From the NCBI GenBank assembly GCA_043820985.1, contig JBDRDH010000032.1, positions 4,480 to 68,479 on the forward strand: DNA of 64,000 nt. The letters run 5' to 3'. This DNA comes from Planctomycetota bacterium. GTDB taxonomy: Bacteria; Planctomycetota; Phycisphaerae; UBA1845; Fen-1342. This document shows, piece after piece, positions 34,924 to 43,393 of the stretch. The position numbers and the translations under genes were made by a program. The notes beneath the pieces are model-generated. The model saw only the letters and a list, made by a program, of their open reading frames with translations. It was not told where the DNA came from and ran no database searches. How positions within the stretch are numbered: position 1 is the first letter of the stretch; every line of letters begins with the position of its first letter.

Positions 34924-35277
34924 TCAAGGGTTCGAGGGGTCCTCGTGGCGGCGAGGGCTGGTTGAACCCGGGGTGCCGCATTCGGGGCAGCGGGGGGTGA
35001 TGTTTCCGCGCAGGTTATAACCACAGTTCGTGCATTGTCGGGACAGGATGCGGTCGGCGGGGCGGCCGCGTTGGCGGATGAGTAATAATTTGTAGCCGGC
35101 GACGGTGAGAAGAAGACAGGTCAACCAATTTACACACCATCTCAGCCAGGACACATGTACATACCAGGGGACGGTGCTGGTTTGTAGCCGGGTTTGGAAG
35201 GCGCGGTTGGCCTGGCCGATGAATGTTTGTCGTACATGGCCACAGGACCTCAGGGAATCTGATAGTTCCACCGACAC
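34924..35277 (-). CDS. small membrane protein with C-terminal zinc ribbon
   Basis: TM helix WCVNWLTCLLLTVAGYKLLLI followed by CTNCGYNLRGN...CPECG. Confidence 0.5.
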   Translation of the reverse strand: MSVELSDSLRSCGHVRQTFIGQANRAFQTRLQTSTVPWYVHVSWLRWCVNWLTCLLLTVAGYKLLLIRQRGRPADRILSRQCTNCGYNLRGNITPRCPECGTPGSTSPRRHEDPSNP

Positions 35278-35566
35278 GGCGCGTGCGACGGCTTGGGCTT
35301 CGGCTTCCGAGGTGGCGCGCTGGCCGTGGGTGTCTTTTGCGGTTTATGTGCAGATGAAAGCGTAAGCGCTATGTATGGGTATGCCTGAATGGATGCGCCA
35401 AGTATGTTGTGATACCTGTGTATTGTTTCCCATGCGGATAGTAGTGGAAGTAGAGTTGCAGTAGCGGGGGATTGAGGCGAGTAGGGCTGTTAATAGAAGG
35501 CACGCGCCCCGGCGGCGCCAACATCGAGGCTTATTGAATGTGACGGGCGTGCTCATGCTGGTAGTT

Positions 35567-35594
35567 GGCTTACAGCCGAGACGGCTGTGGTACC
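35567..35594. repeat. REP-like hairpin unit, family C
   Basis: GGCTTACAGCCGAGACGGCTGTGGTACC (stem CAGCCG/CGGCTG) lies immediately 3' of the M50 protease stop. A second copy at 47907-47934 matches 25/28. Confidence 0.7.
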
Positions 35595-35596
35595 TG

Positions 35597-36625
35597 TTAC
35601 GGGGGGTTTTGTTTTTGGAATTTGCGCTCCTCTTCCTGGCGCTGGCGGGTGGCGCGTTCGAGGGCCTGGCGTTCGATGTAGCTCAGGCTCTGGATGCCGT
35701 GCTCGGAGACCTTCTTCAATATGCGATCGACTTCGTCGGATAGTTGGGCTTTTTTGTCCTGCTTGGCCTGCCAGGCGCCGGGCTTGGGATTGGGAAACTC
35801 TAGTGGTCGTCCGCCGCCGCCTTTGGGCTTTCGGCGGCCAAACAAGCGTGCCCAAAAACCGGGACCGCTACGTTTGTCGCGGACGACGTAATCGGCACTC
35901 AGGAAGCGTTCGTTGGCTAATGAGCCGCGGGCGGCCTGGTAGTGTTGATAGGAGGTCATGCCGCCGAAGATCGCGATTCCGATCAATATAAAGCTTTGGG
36001 TCATAGCTCCCAGCACGGCCAGGCCGATCGCGCCAACGATTCCCAGTTGGGCGGCGATGATGGTGGCGCGTGCCAGGCCGACGAATGGCCAGATGATGGT
36101 GCGGAACAGTTGCCCGCCGTCCATGGGGAAGATGGGCAACAGGTTGAAGCATAACAAAATGAGGTTGAGCCGATAGAAGAGCCACATGTAGAACTGCCAC
36201 TGGGCGGTCATGTGGTCAATGCCGGGGCCAGCGAAAGGATTAAGCGAAATAACGCCGAACGCGCCGGTGCTGATGATCAAAATCGCGCCGCTGATCAAAC
36301 AGAACAGAACATTGACGAGTGGGCCGGCGGCGACGGTGACGAACTGTGGCCAGGGGCGCATGGGAGCGCTGGCGTATGCCAGGCCGCCCAGGGGCCAGAG
36401 CATGATGTTGTCCGCGTGGCCACCGACGGCGCGGGCTCCAAAGCAGTGCCCGAACTCGTGCACGAGTACGATGCCGAAGAGCATGCCCAGGAAGGCAAAC
36501 TGGAACTGCCAGTCTTTCATGTCGGAGATCAGCCGATACGCGATCCAGAACACAAACAGGATGTGAATGTTGATCGTGATATCGAACAGGCGGCCGATCT
36601 TGAATGATCTGCCGAGAAAGTCCAT
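35597..36625 (-). CDS. M50-family site-2 metalloprotease
   Basis: HEFGH zinc motif and NLLPIFPMDGG motif within multi-TM regions, plus a basic/charged C-terminal tail. Confidence 0.85.
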   Translation of the reverse strand: MDFLGRSFKIGRLFDITINIHILFVFWIAYRLISDMKDWQFQFAFLGMLFGIVLVHEFGHCFGARAVGGHADNIMLWPLGGLAYASAPMRPWPQFVTVAAGPLVNVLFCLISGAILIISTGAFGVISLNPFAGPGIDHMTAQWQFYMWLFYRLNLILLCFNLLPIFPMDGGQLFRTIIWPFVGLARATIIAAQLGIVGAIGLAVLGAMTQSFILIGIAIFGGMTSYQHYQAARGSLANERFLSADYVVRDKRSGPGFWARLFGRRKPKGGGGRPLEFPNPKPGAWQAKQDKKAQLSDEVDRILKKVSEHGIQSLSYIERQALERATRQRQEEERKFQKQNPP

Positions 36626-37155
36626 CAGTGGTTCCTTTTATTGAGCTTGAAGCGTTCGTAGAACAACAGGGCTACGATCGTCTTGCCGTCCACGATGCGG
36701 CCGTCGTGGATGGCCCGCAGGGCGTCATCATACTCCATCGGCGCCGGATGGATGCGCTCGCCAGCTTCAAGTTGGGTGGGGCCGGGTTTCAGGTCGTGGG
36801 CGGCGAAAACGTGCATGCGCTCGGTACAGATGCCGGGGGTGGAATAGAAAACGATCAGTTCTTCCAGAGAGCCGGCGGAATAGCCGGTCTCCTCGGTTAG
36901 TTCGCGGCGGGCACATTCGATCGGCGGCTCGGGTGGATCGAGGGTGCCGGCGGGGAGTTCCAGTAGTTCCTGCTGGACGGCGACGCGGAAATTACGAATC
37001 AGCAGCACGCGGCCATCGGGCAGGAACGGCAGGATGATCGCGGCGCCGGGATGTACCACGATGTCATAATCGTGAACGGCCCCGGTAGCCACGGTGACGG
37101 GGATCCGCCGGACCGTGTACTTGCGGGATTTGAGAATCAATTGGCCTGCGTTCAT
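36625..37155 (-). CDS. NUDIX hydrolase (ADP-ribose pyrophosphatase-like)
   Basis: Nudix box GTLDPPEPPIECARRELTEETGY. The stop overlaps the M50 ATG by 1 nt (TGATG). Confidence 0.85.
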   Translation of the reverse strand: MNAGQLILKSRKYTVRRIPVTVATGAVHDYDIVVHPGAAIILPFLPDGRVLLIRNFRVAVQQELLELPAGTLDPPEPPIECARRELTEETGYSAGSLEELIVFYSTPGICTERMHVFAAHDLKPGPTQLEAGERIHPAPMEYDDALRAIHDGRIVDGKTIVALLFYERFKLNKRNH

Positions 37156-37281
37156 ATATCGCTCTTGGGATTATAGTTATTAAGTGGGATATAGTAGCGG
37201 GAAATGGTGGTGTGGGTATTGCCGCGGTTTGGGTGGGACTGGATCGGCATGCTCGATGTAGCATGGTCCAGTATGAAGACG

Positions 37282-37430
37282 GCCGCCACAGAGGGCGGGC
37301 CGCTACGGGACGGCCAACGCGGAGGTGGGCCGCTACGGGACGGTCGCCACAGAGGGCGGGCCGCTACGGGACGGTTGCCACAGAGGGCGGGCCGCTACGG
37401 GACGGCCGCCACAGAGGGCGGGCCGCTACA
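37282..37430. repeat. tandem array, about 4.8 copies of a 31-bp unit (REP family B)
   Basis: Units start at 37282, 37313, 37343, 37374 and 37405. The consensus is GYCGCCACAGAGGGCGGGCCGCTACGGGACG. The array sits in the divergent NUDIX / ABC-operon intergenic region. Confidence 0.9.
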
Positions 37431-37434
37431 GATT

Positions 37435-37459
37435 GACCGGTTGGAAACTGGTCCCACAG
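37435..37459 (+). repeat. REP-like hairpin unit, family A
   Basis: GACCGGTTGGAAACTGGTCCCACAG lies directly after the tandem array. Confidence 0.7.
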
Positions 37460-37544
37460 GTTTGGTGGCCGCTACTATTTGTGGTGGATTGACGTTCGCG
37501 GGCCGGCTTCTTACCGTGGCTGGAGCGATTTAGGAGATTTTGGC

Positions 37545-38783
37545 ATGCTGGGCCTGGCGTGGGCCAATTTGATGCACCACAAGCTGCGGACGGCGTTGAG
37601 TGCGCTGGCGGTGGGCCTGGGGATCGCGCTGCTATTGGTTTCGAAGGGTCTGGCCAACGGTTCGATCGCCGAGGTGGGTCGGCGGATGCAGAGCGTGAAC
37701 GCGGAGTTGGTGGTTTTGCCGGCCCAGGAGAACATTATCTTTACGGGCGGGGCACCGTTTCCGGGGGTATTCGAGCGTTATATAGCCCGACTGGCGGATG
37801 AAAAGGGCCCGGTGGCGGAAGCGGTGATTCCGGTCTTTTTCGGGCAGGTCAGGATGGGCGGGCAGCAGCAGCGGGTTTTCGGCGTGGCGCCCGGCCAGAT
37901 GGAGTTGTTTCTCGGACCACGGGGCGTGGTGGCCGGGCAGGTTTTCGAGCGTGCCCATGATTTTGCTCGGCGGGTGGCGGAATTACAACAGCCGGCTCCG
38001 GAGCTGGTTGAGGCCGAGGAGTTGACCGCCGCGGAGTTGGCTGATGGTCTGGAGCTGGTGATTGATGAGCGGCTGCGACGGGTGGGCGAGCCGGATCCGG
38101 CGAGTGGTAGTCGGCGGCCGTATGAAGTGGGTGATGAGATCCGTCTGATGGGTAAGCCGTTCCGCATCGTGGGGGTGGTCGAGGCGGGCGTGGCGGGGCG
38201 GGTGTTCGCGCCGATTCAGACCTTGCGGGCGATGTTGAATGGCGGCGAGAAGTGGTCGAGCATGTTTTTCGTCAAGCTACGGCCGGGGCTCGATGCGGCG
38301 GCGGCGGCGGATCTGTTGCAAGGGAAGCTGGGGGATGAGGCGCGGGTGGAGTTAAAAAGTGAATATGGGCGCTTGCTGCACGAGAGCTTCGCGCAGGTCA
38401 ATGCGTACATGACGGCTACCAGCGGGCTAGCGCTGGTGGTGTGTTTTTTGTTTATTTTGCTGACGATGTACACCATGGTAGTGGAGCGTACGCGCGAGAT
38501 TGGGATTCTCAAGTCGCTGGGCATGACGCGACTGGGGCTGGTGGGCTTGTCGATATCGGAGGCGTTGATCGTGACGGTGGTCGGGGTGGTGACGGGTATT
38601 GGTCTGGCGTATGTGGCCAAGGGGCTGTTGGGGGTTTTCAAGCCTTTGTTGACGGTGGATCTGGCGGTAGAGCTGCTATTGGCGGCGGTGGTTCTGGGCG
38701 TGGCGGGTGGCGTACTCAGCGCGCTGTATCCCGGCTATCGCGCAGCGCGGCTCGAGCCGGCCACGGCTTTGTGTTACGAATGA
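37545..38783 (+). CDS. MacB/LolC-type ABC transporter permease (FtsX family)
   Basis: ATG at 37545 with AGGAG 8 nt upstream. Topology is TM1, a large extracytoplasmic domain, then three C-terminal TMs. FtsX signature MVVERTREIGILKSLGM. Confidence 0.85.
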   Translation: MLGLAWANLMHHKLRTALSALAVGLGIALLLVSKGLANGSIAEVGRRMQSVNAELVVLPAQENIIFTGGAPFPGVFERYIARLADEKGPVAEAVIPVFFGQVRMGGQQQRVFGVAPGQMELFLGPRGVVAGQVFERAHDFARRVAELQQPAPELVEAEELTAAELADGLELVIDERLRRVGEPDPASGSRRPYEVGDEIRLMGKPFRIVGVVEAGVAGRVFAPIQTLRAMLNGGEKWSSMFFVKLRPGLDAAAAADLLQGKLGDEARVELKSEYGRLLHESFAQVNAYMTATSGLALVVCFLFILLTMYTMVVERTREIGILKSLGMTRLGLVGLSISEALIVTVVGVVTGIGLAYVAKGLLGVFKPLLTVDLAVELLLAAVVLGVAGGVLSALYPGYRAARLEPATALCYE

Positions 38784-39454
38784 ACGACGAGTTGATGATC
38801 GACATTCACGACGTGCATCACGCCTACCGGCATGGCGCGGTGGTCGAGCCGGTGTTGCACGGCATCGATCTGCAGGTGCGGCGGGGTGAATTCGTGGTGA
38901 TCATGGGCCCGTCGGGCTGTGGCAAGACGACGTTGCTGAATATTCTGGGGCTGATGATGGCGCCGACGCGGGCGGCCACGGTTGCGATCGCCGGCGTGGA
39001 GACGCGGGATCTGTCGGACACGGCGCGGACGCGATTGCGTCGGGAAGCGATCGGTTTTGTGTTTCAGCGTTTCAATCTTTTGCCGACGATCAGCGCGCGG
39101 CGCAACGTGGCGTTGCCGCTACGGATTCGGGGTGAGATGCGGAATGGTGAAGTGGAGACGCTGCTGCGGCAAGTGGGCTTACAGGAGTATGCGGATAAGA
39201 AGCCCGGCCAGCTTTCGATGGGCCAGCAACAGCGTTTCGCGGTGGCGCGGGCCCTGGTGGGTCGGCCGGGATTGTTGTTGGCGGACGAGCCGACTGGTAA
39301 CCTGGATTCGGCCAACGCGGAAGCGGTGTTGGAATTGCTGTCGGGAGTTCATCGCGAGCGCGAACAGACGATCGTGATGATTACGCACAATGAGCACCTG
39401 GCGGTCGCGGCCGATCGTATACTGCACATACGTGATGGAAGCTTTGTCGAATAA
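38780..39454 (+). CDS. ABC transporter ATP-binding protein (MacB/LolD-like)
   Basis: Walker [10 protein letters not shown], signature LSMGQQQR, Walker [13 protein letters not shown]. The ATG overlaps the permease stop (ATGA). Confidence 0.9.
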   Translation: MNDELMIDIHDVHHAYRHGAVVEPVLHGIDLQVRRGEFVVIMGPSGCGKTTLLNILGLMMAPTRAATVAIAGVETRDLSDTARTRLRREAIGFVFQRFNLLPTISARRNVALPLRIRGEMRNGEVETLLRQVGLQEYADKKPGQLSMGQQQRFAVARALVGRPGLLLADEPTGNLDSANAEAVLELLSGVHREREQTIVMITHNEHLAVAADRILHIRDGSFVE

Positions 39455-40205
39455 TCCCGAATCCGCCGAGTTGGGCGCGTCCTTGACGGTAGAGGCCGAG
39501 CGGCCACTGCCGGGCTTGCGGGCCTGGTTCGTGGTGCTGTTGTTATGGCTGGGCGGTCTGGCCGGGCTGGCGCTGGTGATGTTTGGTCGCTACGAGCAGG
39601 GTGATCCCTACGCCATGCGCGTCTGGATGTTAGCGCTGGTGTGTTTTTACCTTTCGATTTGCAATACGTTTTTGCCGTTGCCGACGGCGTGGATCATTCT
39701 GTTCGCGGTTTCGCCGGAGGTGGGACTGTTCGATTCGGGGGTGCTGTCGGTAGTGACGGTAGCCGGGCTGGGGGCATTGGCGACGGTGTTTGCCAATTTG
39801 ACCGAATATCACGTATTGGCGTTTTTGTTTCGTTATGGATTGGGTCAGCGTATTCGGCAGACGCGGGTTTACCAGTGGTCGCTGCGCTGGTTTGATATAG
39901 CGCCGTTTCAGACGCTGGCGTTGTTTGGCTTTGTGCCGATTCCGATTGACGCGGTGCGCTGGCTGGCGATTTTGCGGCATTACTCGCGGGTGCGTTTCGG
40001 GTTGGCATACTTCTGCGGGCGTGGCCTGCGTTACCTGTTGTTGGCGTGGGTGGCGGTGCTGGTGCAATTGACCGGCTGGCAGATCGTGGCAGTGCAGGTG
40101 GGTATCGTGGTATTGGCCATCGTGGGGCGGGTGGTCTGGCCGCTGCTGGCGCGCCTGGTGTCAGGCCCGCGGGAGGCGACGGTCGAGGAGCCGGCCGGTC
40201 CCTGA
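39435..40205 (+). CDS. VTT/DedA-superfamily (TVP38/TMEM64-like) membrane protein
   Basis: Re-entrant-loop-like motifs NTFLPLPTAWIILFAV and FVPIPIDAVRWLAIL with flanking TM helices. Overlaps the ATPase gene by 20 nt. The family call is by pattern only. Confidence 0.55.
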   Translation: MEALSNNPESAELGASLTVEAERPLPGLRAWFVVLLLWLGGLAGLALVMFGRYEQGDPYAMRVWMLALVCFYLSICNTFLPLPTAWIILFAVSPEVGLFDSGVLSVVTVAGLGALATVFANLTEYHVLAFLFRYGLGQRIRQTRVYQWSLRWFDIAPFQTLALFGFVPIPIDAVRWLAILRHYSRVRFGLAYFCGRGLRYLLLAWVAVLVQLTGWQIVAVQVGIVVLAIVGRVVWPLLARLVSGPREATVEEPAGP

Positions 40206-40330
40206 ATTCCACGTCGGCGGAAGTCGCCGGTTGTACCCCCGTCACGAAAACCATATGCTCTAGCGCGGCCCTGCGAGCCCCAGGGCCACATTTGATTGGG
40301 CGGAAATCCGGGCTCGATGGAGTATTGCCA

Positions 40331-41410
40331 ATGCGTGCGCGAACGTCATGGCTGACAACCGGCATCCTAATACTCCCGCTATTGGCGTGGCCGGTACATG
40401 CCGAAATCGTGTCGATTGCCGGATCTGTCGCGGTTACCGTGCAGGAATACCAGGGTGGCGACGTCACTGACACAGTTCAGCAGAACGCGCGTTATCCGGA
40501 GGCCGGCGTGGTCCTGCCGCTACAGGTGGTGGCGCGCACGCTGGATGAGGCCGATCCGCCACTATCGGCGGCCAGTGTGGCGGCGCAGTTTGCCGATCCA
40601 CAGACCAGCACGCAGCTCAATCCGGAAGAGTTTGCCATCAATCTGGCATTGCTGAGCCTGTCGGATGAGATCCGTTACACGGCTCAGGCCACCAGCCAGG
40701 AACATCGAGACATACTGTTTTCGCCGAATGAATTCATCAATGGCGTCGCGGGCGAGACGGTTACCCTGACAGGGCGACTGTATGTTGATGGAGCGTTGGT
40801 GGTTTTCAGCCCCAGCGCGGGTCGCGACCTGACGGGGGCTGAAGTGACGCTGGAGGTGACAATCGTCAAGCAGGTTGCCGGTCGGGCGGATGAGACGGTT
40901 TTTTCAGGTCAAGTCAGTGTGATGGGCGGTGAGGGCGGCACGGTCAATCACTCGGCGACGGGTGACATGCCGACGAGCACGCTGATTCACAGCAACCTGG
41001 CGGTATACATTCCGGATTTCGATATCTTCGAGGTGCTCATTATTCCAAACCTGGCGATTGACTACTCGTATGACGCGACGCTGGGTGAGGCATTTACGCT
41101 GGTGGCCACGGTGGCGGTGCAGGCGGCCAATGCCGAGGACGAAGTGGGAGTGGCGGCGGTGATCGGGTCGCCCCTGGACGCGGTTCAGGAAGTAATCGCT
41201 GCGGCCCAGGGTGAGTCGGCGGCGAACAAGACAATCACCGCACTTCAGCAAGAGCGAAGCGATCCGACGGGTGTACTGGCCTTTCCGGCGCAGAGCCAGC
41301 CGATGTTCCTGCCGGCTTGCGGATTGTTCAGCATTGAGCTGGCCATTGGCATGGTGGCCCTGATCGGGGTGCGGTGTTACCCGAGTTATCGCCGGAGGCT
41401 GACAGCCTGA
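40331..41410 (+). CDS. secreted beta-rich protein with a C-terminal hydrophobic helix plus RRR anchor (sorting-signal-like)
   Basis: Signal peptide ILILPLLAWPVHAE. C-terminus FLPACGLFSIELAIGMVALIGVRCYPSYRRRLTA. ATG at 40331 lies within the longer ORF that opens at 40046. Confidence 0.6.
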   Translation: MRARTSWLTTGILILPLLAWPVHAEIVSIAGSVAVTVQEYQGGDVTDTVQQNARYPEAGVVLPLQVVARTLDEADPPLSAASVAAQFADPQTSTQLNPEEFAINLALLSLSDEIRYTAQATSQEHRDILFSPNEFINGVAGETVTLTGRLYVDGALVVFSPSAGRDLTGAEVTLEVTIVKQVAGRADETVFSGQVSVMGGEGGTVNHSATGDMPTSTLIHSNLAVYIPDFDIFEVLIIPNLAIDYSYDATLGEAFTLVATVAVQAANAEDEVGVAAVIGSPLDAVQEVIAAAQGESAANKTITALQQERSDPTGVLAFPAQSQPMFLPACGLFSIELAIGMVALIGVRCYPSYRRRLTA

Positions 41411-41411
41411 T

Positions 41412-42638
41412 ATGTTGTTTTATCTGCGATTGTGGATGACGGCGCTGCGCAGCCTGGATAGTCATTTTCTGCGCTCGCTACTGGCGACCTTGGGCGTGCT
41501 GATCGGCGTCTCGTCGGTCGTAGCGTGCATGTCGATTCTGGAGGGATTCTCGAACGATCTCGCCAAGCGCTTCAAGTCGATGGGCTCGAACCTGCTCTAC
41601 GTCGTGCCCGAGACCGCGCGCATAGAGGGTCGCTCGGTCGGTTACGCCCAGACGCTCACGCTGGACGACGTTCGCCGGCTGAAGCGCGCCCTGCCGCGAG
41701 AGGTCGACGCGATTGCCCCCGAGTGCGTGGGCAACGCGATGATCAAGTACTATCAGAAGAGCTTCCTCGGCGCCACGGTGATCGCAACTTCTGACGAGTA
41801 TTTCGCGATTCACGCGTTTGACACCCAGGCCGGCCAGGTGCTGTCGAAGACGCAGTCGGAAGACGAAGGCGCGGCGGTCGTCTGCCTGGGTGCCCAAGTC
41901 GCGGAAGACCTGTTTGGCGGCATGGATCCCGTCGGTCAGGCTGTGAAAGTGGGCGAGAAGGCCTTTCGCGTCGTAGGCGTGATGGAGAAGAAGGGTTCGC
42001 TCGGTTTTCTCGATGCGGATAGAGTCGTTTACATCCCCATCAAGGCCGGCCAGAAGCGTTTTTTCAACCGCAAATGGCTCAACCGCATCACGATAGGCGT
42101 CAGCGATACCAAGCGCACCGAGCAGACGCAAAAGGCGATTGAACGCCTGCTCCGCGGTACCCACAACATCCGACCGGGACAGCCAGACGACTTCCGCGTG
42201 CAAAGCCAGGAGGAGACCCGTCAGAGTCTCAACCAGGTCATGCTGATCTACAAGATCGTCTTCTACAGTATTGCCGGGATCAGCCTGCTGGTGGGCGGGA
42301 TCGGCATCATGAACATCAGGCTGGTCTCGGTGACGGAGCGCACGCGGGAGATCGGCGTGCGCATGGCGGTGGGGGCGCGGCGCTGGGATATCCTCTCCCA
42401 GTTCCTGATCGAGGCCCAAGTCATCAGCCTGATTGGCGGCGGATTTGGTCTGCTGTTGGGTGGCATGTTCGCCGACCTGCTGAACAAGATGATCGTCGGA
42501 TTTTTCCGTACGCAGATTACCTGGCAGGTAGCCTTGATCGCGGTCGGCACGGCGGCGGTGGTGGGCGGCCTGAGCGGGCTGTATCCGGCGATCAAGGCCT
42601 GTCGGCTGGATCCGGTCGATGCGCTGCGCTACGAGTAG
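41412..42638 (+). CDS. MacB/LolE-type ABC transporter permease (FtsX family), second copy
   Basis: Starts 1 nt after the upstream stop. Same topology as the first permease, with FtsX signature VSVTERTREIGVRMAVGA. Confidence 0.85.
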   Translation: MLFYLRLWMTALRSLDSHFLRSLLATLGVLIGVSSVVACMSILEGFSNDLAKRFKSMGSNLLYVVPETARIEGRSVGYAQTLTLDDVRRLKRALPREVDAIAPECVGNAMIKYYQKSFLGATVIATSDEYFAIHAFDTQAGQVLSKTQSEDEGAAVVCLGAQVAEDLFGGMDPVGQAVKVGEKAFRVVGVMEKKGSLGFLDADRVVYIPIKAGQKRFFNRKWLNRITIGVSDTKRTEQTQKAIERLLRGTHNIRPGQPDDFRVQSQEETRQSLNQVMLIYKIVFYSIAGISLLVGGIGIMNIRLVSVTERTREIGVRMAVGARRWDILSQFLIEAQVISLIGGGFGLLLGGMFADLLNKMIVGFFRTQITWQVALIAVGTAAVVGGLSGLYPAIKACRLDPVDALRYE

Positions 42639-42650
42639 AAGGGATTGTGA

Positions 42651-43334
42651 ATGAGCATACAGTTCATGTGCCCATCCTGTCAGCAGCCGATTGAAGTTGA
42701 TGAGGAGTTTTCCGGCAAGCAGGCGGGCTGTCCATATTGCAGTAGTGTGGTGAATGTGCCCACCGCGAGCACCTATCAACCCGCGCCGATAACCGCGGCG
42801 CGGCCGGCGGATGAAGAGACGCCGAGTGGCACGCCGATGGACAATCTGCATGTTGGTGATCCATACACACCACGTGAGCGAAAGGCGCGCATGCTGGGCA
42901 ACCTGGCCTTGGTGTGTGCGGTATTGGTCATCTTTTTATTTGGCGTGGTGATGGTGGTAGCTGTAGTGGCCGGCTTTGACGAGTTAGAGAGGGTTATGAC
43001 CACGCAGCCGGCAAGTGCCTCCGCCACCAGCGAAGGCGATCAACCCGCATCCCGGCCGGTGCCGCTGACACTGCAGGAAGAGACCAAGCTACAGACGCAA
43101 GCGTTTCAGACCGCCATCAAGGACCTGCAAGGCAAGCCCTGGTACATGATAATGGGTTGTGGCGCGGAATTGTTTGTGGTGCTGGGGCTGGCCCTGTCGA
43201 TCACCAGCCTGGTGCAAAGTCGGCGGCGTAACTGGCGCGCGATTGTCGGTCTCGTGATCTGTGGAGTCTTTGTGCTGTGTATATGTACGGCTCTGGGCTT
43301 TCAACTGGCGTTGGGGGATGGTGGGGCGTTTTGA
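42651..43334 (+). CDS. zinc-ribbon membrane protein (unknown)
   Basis: N-terminal CPSCQQPIEV...CPYCSS zinc ribbon followed by three predicted TM helices. Lies 12 nt after the permease stop. Confidence 0.6.
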   Translation: MSIQFMCPSCQQPIEVDEEFSGKQAGCPYCSSVVNVPTASTYQPAPITAARPADEETPSGTPMDNLHVGDPYTPRERKARMLGNLALVCAVLVIFLFGVVMVVAVVAGFDELERVMTTQPASASATSEGDQPASRPVPLTLQEETKLQTQAFQTAIKDLQGKPWYMIMGCGAELFVVLGLALSITSLVQSRRRNWRAIVGLVICGVFVLCICTALGFQLALGDGGAF

Positions 43335-43393
43335 GGGGCGCGGTCGGTGGTGCGGTTCTGGCTCTGGGGGGTTTTTAAGCTTATGCTGACCGC

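Noticed and set aside
37282-37430. Possible CRISPR array.
   Set aside because: The units are contiguous with no unique spacers, the unit length is 31 bp, and no cas genes are in the window.
37204-37533. ORFs translating as GGPLRDG/HRGRAATGR repeats.
   Set aside because: They are read straight through the 31-bp tandem DNA repeat. The periodicity is a nucleotide-level feature, not a protein repeat.
38441-38779. N-terminal 113-aa extension of the ABC ATPase ORF.
   Set aside because: It overlaps the 3' end of permease 1 in another frame. The conserved ATPase begins at the ATG at 38780, which forms an ATGA overlap with the permease stop.
41478-42851. 457-aa ORF on the minus strand.
   Set aside because: It is antisense to the second FtsX permease, has Arg/His-rich low-complexity sequence, and shows no motifs.
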